DNA of 39,520 nucleotides from Bacteroidales bacterium (GTDB lineage: Bacteria > Bacteroidota > Bacteroidia > Bacteroidales > UBA3824): contig JAZUEG010000270.1 in assembly GCA_045640025.1 (NCBI GenBank), forward strand, positions 1 through 39,520, read 5' to 3'. Below the pieces are notes generated by a model, which did not search any database, had not been told where the DNA came from, and saw only the letters and a list, made by a program, of their open reading frames with translations. Numbering within the stretch: position 1 is the stretch's first letter; each line of letters begins with the position of its first letter. Positions 36,052 to 39,520 of the stretch are shown here, in pieces. The translations under genes and the position numbers were made by a program.

Positions 36052-37884
36052 TCAGTCGTTGCAACGCAATTTGTAGTTATGGAGAAAAATTCTGCCCTTT
36101 TCGTCGGAACTGTCGATGGGACTCAGAGTTTTTCCCCGTTTCCTTACGAGCGGATTGCCGGGGTCGAGTTTTAGTCCCGGTGCTATCACCACACGCCAAC
36201 GGGAGTTTCGGTAATCGTCGGTGGCAATATTGCGGCATGCATATACATCGCCATCAGCTGGCACCTCGCCCAATGTCTGATATGTGAGCTCGCGGATACT
36301 GCCGTCGATATCGCGGAATTTGAGAGTAATCACCTTAAGCTCTGTTCCTGAAACCGAAATCTCATCCACCATGAATGCCACGCCGTAATTGAAGTCGGTG
36401 GATTCGGTACGGACCGATGTGGCGTTTCCAGTCCCGGTGCGCCTGGGCTCGGGCTCGCAATCGTAGCCGTTGCGGTAATAGGATATCCACAATCCCACAA
36501 TCAGAATCAGGATGGCGAGCAATACTATTATTATCAGCTCATTTACGGTGCGCACACGTTTCTCGCTGGATTTCTGCAGCCAGTATACCTCGTCGTCGTT
36601 GCCCGATCCGCCGTTCTTGTATTTGGGATACACTTCCCTGAATGTAACTCCGTATTCATGATTGCAGAAAAGGTATACAATTACAAACGCGAGTGTAATT
36701 GTAAATGTAAAGAAGAGCATGGGCAATCCGCTGAGATCCACCGCCACACCCACCAATGCGCTCAACAACCATACCGAAGGACAGAATCCAAAGAGCAAAA
36801 GCTGCAGCTTGACGTCCTGCCTCTCCTCGTATACACCGGGCACCTCCCTGGTTTTTCCGCTGCGGTCGGTCTGGGTCTCGTAGAAGAGCGGTTTCTTGGG
36901 TTTGTATTTCGGGAACTCGTGAAGCTCGCGGATAAGAGTGCCGTCGTGGGCGCGGGCGAGAAATCCGTGTGTAGATTTATGCACATCGAATGGCTTGCCG
37001 TATGCCACGCGGCCGGTCTGCCCATTTACCACCAGCAGCCTCTCTCCCACCCTGAGCAGATAGATTGGCAGATACACTGTATTGGATACGATGTTTTCCA
37101 TAAAGCTTCCGCCCGATGAGCTGAACATCACGCTGGTATCGAACAGGGCCTCGCTTACATCGGCGCGGTACACCTCCGACACCTCGCTCAGGATGCGGAG
37201 TTTCATATCTGCGGAGCTGATATTGGGCAGCATAGCCTTGTGGCCGGCCACAATGGAGAAATCGAACTCCACGAGATCTGTAATGTCGAAAGGCTCGGCG
37301 GCATCGAGCACCTCGTTGCTCAGATTTTGGTTCTGGCTCACAAAAATACCTTCCAGATAGCCTCCGCATTTGTATTGTCCCCTCGACGAGGATACATCGA
37401 GCCTCAGCGGGCCTCTCAGCATCTCGAAAGGGAGATAATATCCCACAAGGCCGTCCACACCGCGCTTTACCGCATCGATATCCGGAAGTGCGGGATTATC
37501 AGCTGACCACTTCCTGACTATATCCACGGCCTCGTGCCTGGTGATGAAGAAGGGAATAATTCCCTGTGGAAATTCGGCGGCATGGAAATCTGACTTGGTA
37601 ATGCTTGTGCCGCAAAAGTCGCATTGCGAAACCAGCTCATTATCAGCCATCATCACATTGGCGCCGCAACTTCTGCATGAATACACCTGCTGGGTGTTTC
37701 GGCTGCGGGTAAGCCTCACAACGTGTTCCTCGTTGAACTTTTCATTAAGCTCCCTGGCAGACTTGGTAACCTCGGCGGCCGGCATATTGCATCCGCACGC
37801 AGAACAGTGATAGTTCTGAGTGAGGATATTGAATCCCACCGGGCTTCCGCACTGCGAGCAGCGGATGGCAAAAACATCGTTCAT
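36052..37884 (-). CDS. Zn-ribbon membrane protein paralogue 1, with an extra C-terminal soluble domain
   Basis: Same motif set as paralogue 2 plus about 140 aa after the last TM. Confidence 0.85.
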   Translation of the reverse strand: MNDVFAIRCSQCGSPVGFNILTQNYHCSACGCNMPAAEVTKSARELNEKFNEEHVVRLTRSRNTQQVYSCRSCGANVMMADNELVSQCDFCGTSITKSDFHAAEFPQGIIPFFITRHEAVDIVRKWSADNPALPDIDAVKRGVDGLVGYYLPFEMLRGPLRLDVSSSRGQYKCGGYLEGIFVSQNQNLSNEVLDAAEPFDITDLVEFDFSIVAGHKAMLPNISSADMKLRILSEVSEVYRADVSEALFDTSVMFSSSGGSFMENIVSNTVYLPIYLLRVGERLLVVNGQTGRVAYGKPFDVHKSTHGFLARAHDGTLIRELHEFPKYKPKKPLFYETQTDRSGKTREVPGVYEERQDVKLQLLLFGFCPSVWLLSALVGVAVDLSGLPMLFFTFTITLAFVIVYLFCNHEYGVTFREVYPKYKNGGSGNDDEVYWLQKSSEKRVRTVNELIIIVLLAILILIVGLWISYYRNGYDCEPEPRRTGTGNATSVRTESTDFNYGVAFMVDEISVSGTELKVITLKFRDIDGSIRELTYQTLGEVPADGDVYACRNIATDDYRNSRWRVVIAPGLKLDPGNPLVRKRGKTLSPIDSSDEKGRIFLHNYKLRCND

Positions 37885-37890
37885 AATAGT

Positions 37891-37939
37891 TCACTTCAAT
37901 TATTTCAACACTTCAATCACTTCAACACTTCAATCACTT
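37891..37939. repeat. Intergenic 8/9-bp tandem repeat (nnnCTTCAA), copy 2
   Basis: tcacttcaa ttatttcaa cacttcaa tcacttcaa cacttcaa tcactt. Confidence 0.9.
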
Positions 37940-39520
37940 AATCCAGACTCATGCTCACCGTAAAGCCGAACTTGATGTGGGATGTGCGGTAGGCGGTGGA
38001 TATCAGCGGATTTGTGATGGCGTGGTTGTAATAGAACCTTACCTTGAACCGCTCCGACACCTGATAGTCGGCGGTGGTTTTCAGGGAGAAGCTCCTCTGT
38101 CCGGCCGATATCTCGTTGTAGAGTTCCTCTATCTCGCGGAGTATGGTCTTGTCGTTGTTGATAACGAAATCGCAGCGGAGGTCGAGGTCGCTCTTGGTGC
38201 GCTTGCTTCCGCTGGCGGTCTTGATGGCAAAGGGCAGCTGTGCAAACTTGTAGCCAAGACCTATCACCCACTCCCTCTTGTATGCCTCGGATATCTGCGA
38301 ATTGGCAAACGACAATGTGATGAGCCTCTGCCGGCGGTATTCCAGCTTGGTGCTCAGCATGTTGATCCACGATACATCCAGGCCGAAGAGAGGATTGAAC
38401 CTCTCCTCGAGGGTTACCGAGCCTATCTCGTATTTCGGGATAAAGAGGTTGCTGGCGTCGTATCGCTCGAAACTGCTGCCGAACTCCCGCTCGTCGTCAA
38501 ACGAGTAGTTGGCGTTGGTCTTGTAGTTGCTCACCGAATATGTGCTTTGGTACTGATGTGTGAGCAATGCCGAGCGCACTGAGCTTTTGAGCATCGGAAT
38601 GTTGGAAAGGCCCTTGTATTTGAGGCTCCAGTTTGGCAACGGCATCTTCGGGAATGGCGATGTTGAGACTTTTTCAGCTGATGTTCCTGCGTATGCGGCC
38701 AGGAATGCCGGCAGCAATACGTCCTGATGCGTGGCCGAATATCCGTCGGGGTAACCGCCGTTCAATGGATTGCCGTCGGCATCCAGACGCGGGGCTCCGG
38801 TGTATCCGCCCTGCCCAATTCTGGGGTCGGCCTGCCGATGTGCCACCACCTCGCGCGCCTTCAGGAAATCGTTGTATGTATCCAGCGAATAGTCGTTGCC
38901 CACCTTGTGGAATGCTGTGCGCAGCATATTGTAGCTCATGCGGAAGTTTCCGCTCTGGATCTTGTTGGTGGACTGGTATCCGTCGCCCATCCAGTAATAG
39001 AAGTCCTCGGTGTTCATGAGCATTGTGCGGTCCAGGCTTACATCCACTCTGAAAGTGTTGATGGGCTCTACCGAAATGCGGACTCCAAAGTTATTGCCCC
39101 GTGTATATTTTACCGGGTCGGCAATGGTGGTGTCCTTAACGAGCCATCCCCTGTCGGATGCCATCTCGTGGAAGTTTTCGCCATTAGCTGCAAAAATATA
39201 ACCAAAACCTGGAGCCCAGTATCCGCCGTTCTGCTCCATGCCCAGGATGCGGCTGTTGGGGTCGAAGCCCGGGAGCGTGTTTGCCCGCTGGTTTTTGTAT
39301 GATACGGATGCGCTGCGGATACTGAGCAATGCCATGGTGAGGTAGTCGGAGGCCACGAGCAGCGGACTGTCGCTCACTTCCTTCTTGCCGGTAATGGTGA
39401 CTATGCATCCCACGATATCTTCGGCGGTGGTGAATTTTATCCTGTTCTTATCCACGATGTCCACATCGCCCTTCACCTCGTTGCCGTCGATATCGGTAAC
39501 TGATACCACTACATCGGATG
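37938..39520 (-). CDS. sprA: T9SS translocon SprA/Sov, 3' part (runs off the window)
   Basis: QDVLLPAFLAAY, PLPNWSLKY.GL, LTHQYQSTYS, FNPLFGLD, SDLDLRCD, TADYQVS, C-terminal FGFTVSMSL beta-strand. Confidence 0.92.
   Translation of the reverse strand, partial: SDVVVSVTDIDGNEVKGDVDIVDKNRIKFTTAEDIVGCIVTITGKKEVSDSPLLVASDYLTMALLSIRSASVSYKNQRANTLPGFDPNSRILGMEQNGGYWAPGFGYIFAANGENFHEMASDRGWLVKDTTIADPVKYTRGNNFGVRISVEPINTFRVDVSLDRTMLMNTEDFYYWMGDGYQSTNKIQSGNFRMSYNMLRTAFHKVGNDYSLDTYNDFLKAREVVAHRQADPRIGQGGYTGAPRLDADGNPLNGGYPDGYSATHQDVLLPAFLAAYAGTSAEKVSTSPFPKMPLPNWSLKYKGLSNIPMLKSSVRSALLTHQYQSTYSVSNYKTNANYSFDDEREFGSSFERYDASNLFIPKYEIGSVTLEERFNPLFGLDVSWINMLSTKLEYRRQRLITLSFANSQISEAYKREWVIGLGYKFAQLPFAIKTASGSKRTKSDLDLRCDFVINNDKTILREIEELYNEISAGQRSFSLKTTADYQVSERFKVRFYYNHAITNPLISTAYRTSHIKFGFTVSMSLD

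Noticed and set aside
32931-37884. Diversity-generating retroelement acting on the paralogues
   Set aside because: No reverse transcriptase in the window and no near-identical template/variable repeat pair differing only at adenines.
34571-37884. Annotation as primosomal protein PriA or TFIIB
   Set aside because: Only the CxxC ribbons are similar; there are no helicase motifs and the proteins have TM segments.
1-39520. tRNA, rRNA, integrase or transposase genes
   Set aside because: None recognised by eye in the intergenic gaps or the ORF track; a covariance-model scan would be needed to exclude small RNAs.

Overview
Chromosomal window from a T9SS-positive Bacteroidota (Bacteroidales-like) genome; TAnnTTTG-type promoters precede many genes. 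The housekeeping backbone includes porZ, ruvC, two polyprenyl synthases, an MMPL transporter, rdgB, a SprB-repeat protein, a porE-like OmpA protein, waaA, DUF4271-hemD-rnpA and the 3' part of sprA. Accessory DNA interrupts it in three places: a lone ATPase-nuclease gene (3.5-4.9 kb); an island at about 21.4-27.9 kb (AbiEi/AbiEii pair with an amber stop in the toxin, a second ATPase-nuclease, a MoxR-like AAA + vWA pair); and a tandem triplet of Zn-ribbon membrane-protein paralogues whose third copy is broken. The most striking signals are non-coding. (1) A quasi-palindromic motif GCCATYAGCTGATA recurs about 21 times by eye (about 0.15 expected by chance), in several reading frames, both orientations and intergenic clusters, like a DNA-uptake sequence or highly iterated palindrome. 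(2) A ~470-bp array holds three families of alternating inverted repeats; its arm/11-bp A-rich spacer/arm geometry is shared with single elements elsewhere in the island. (3) A near-identical 36-bp CTTCAA repeat block follows two T9SS-related genes 29 kb apart. All counts are manual and no database searches were run.
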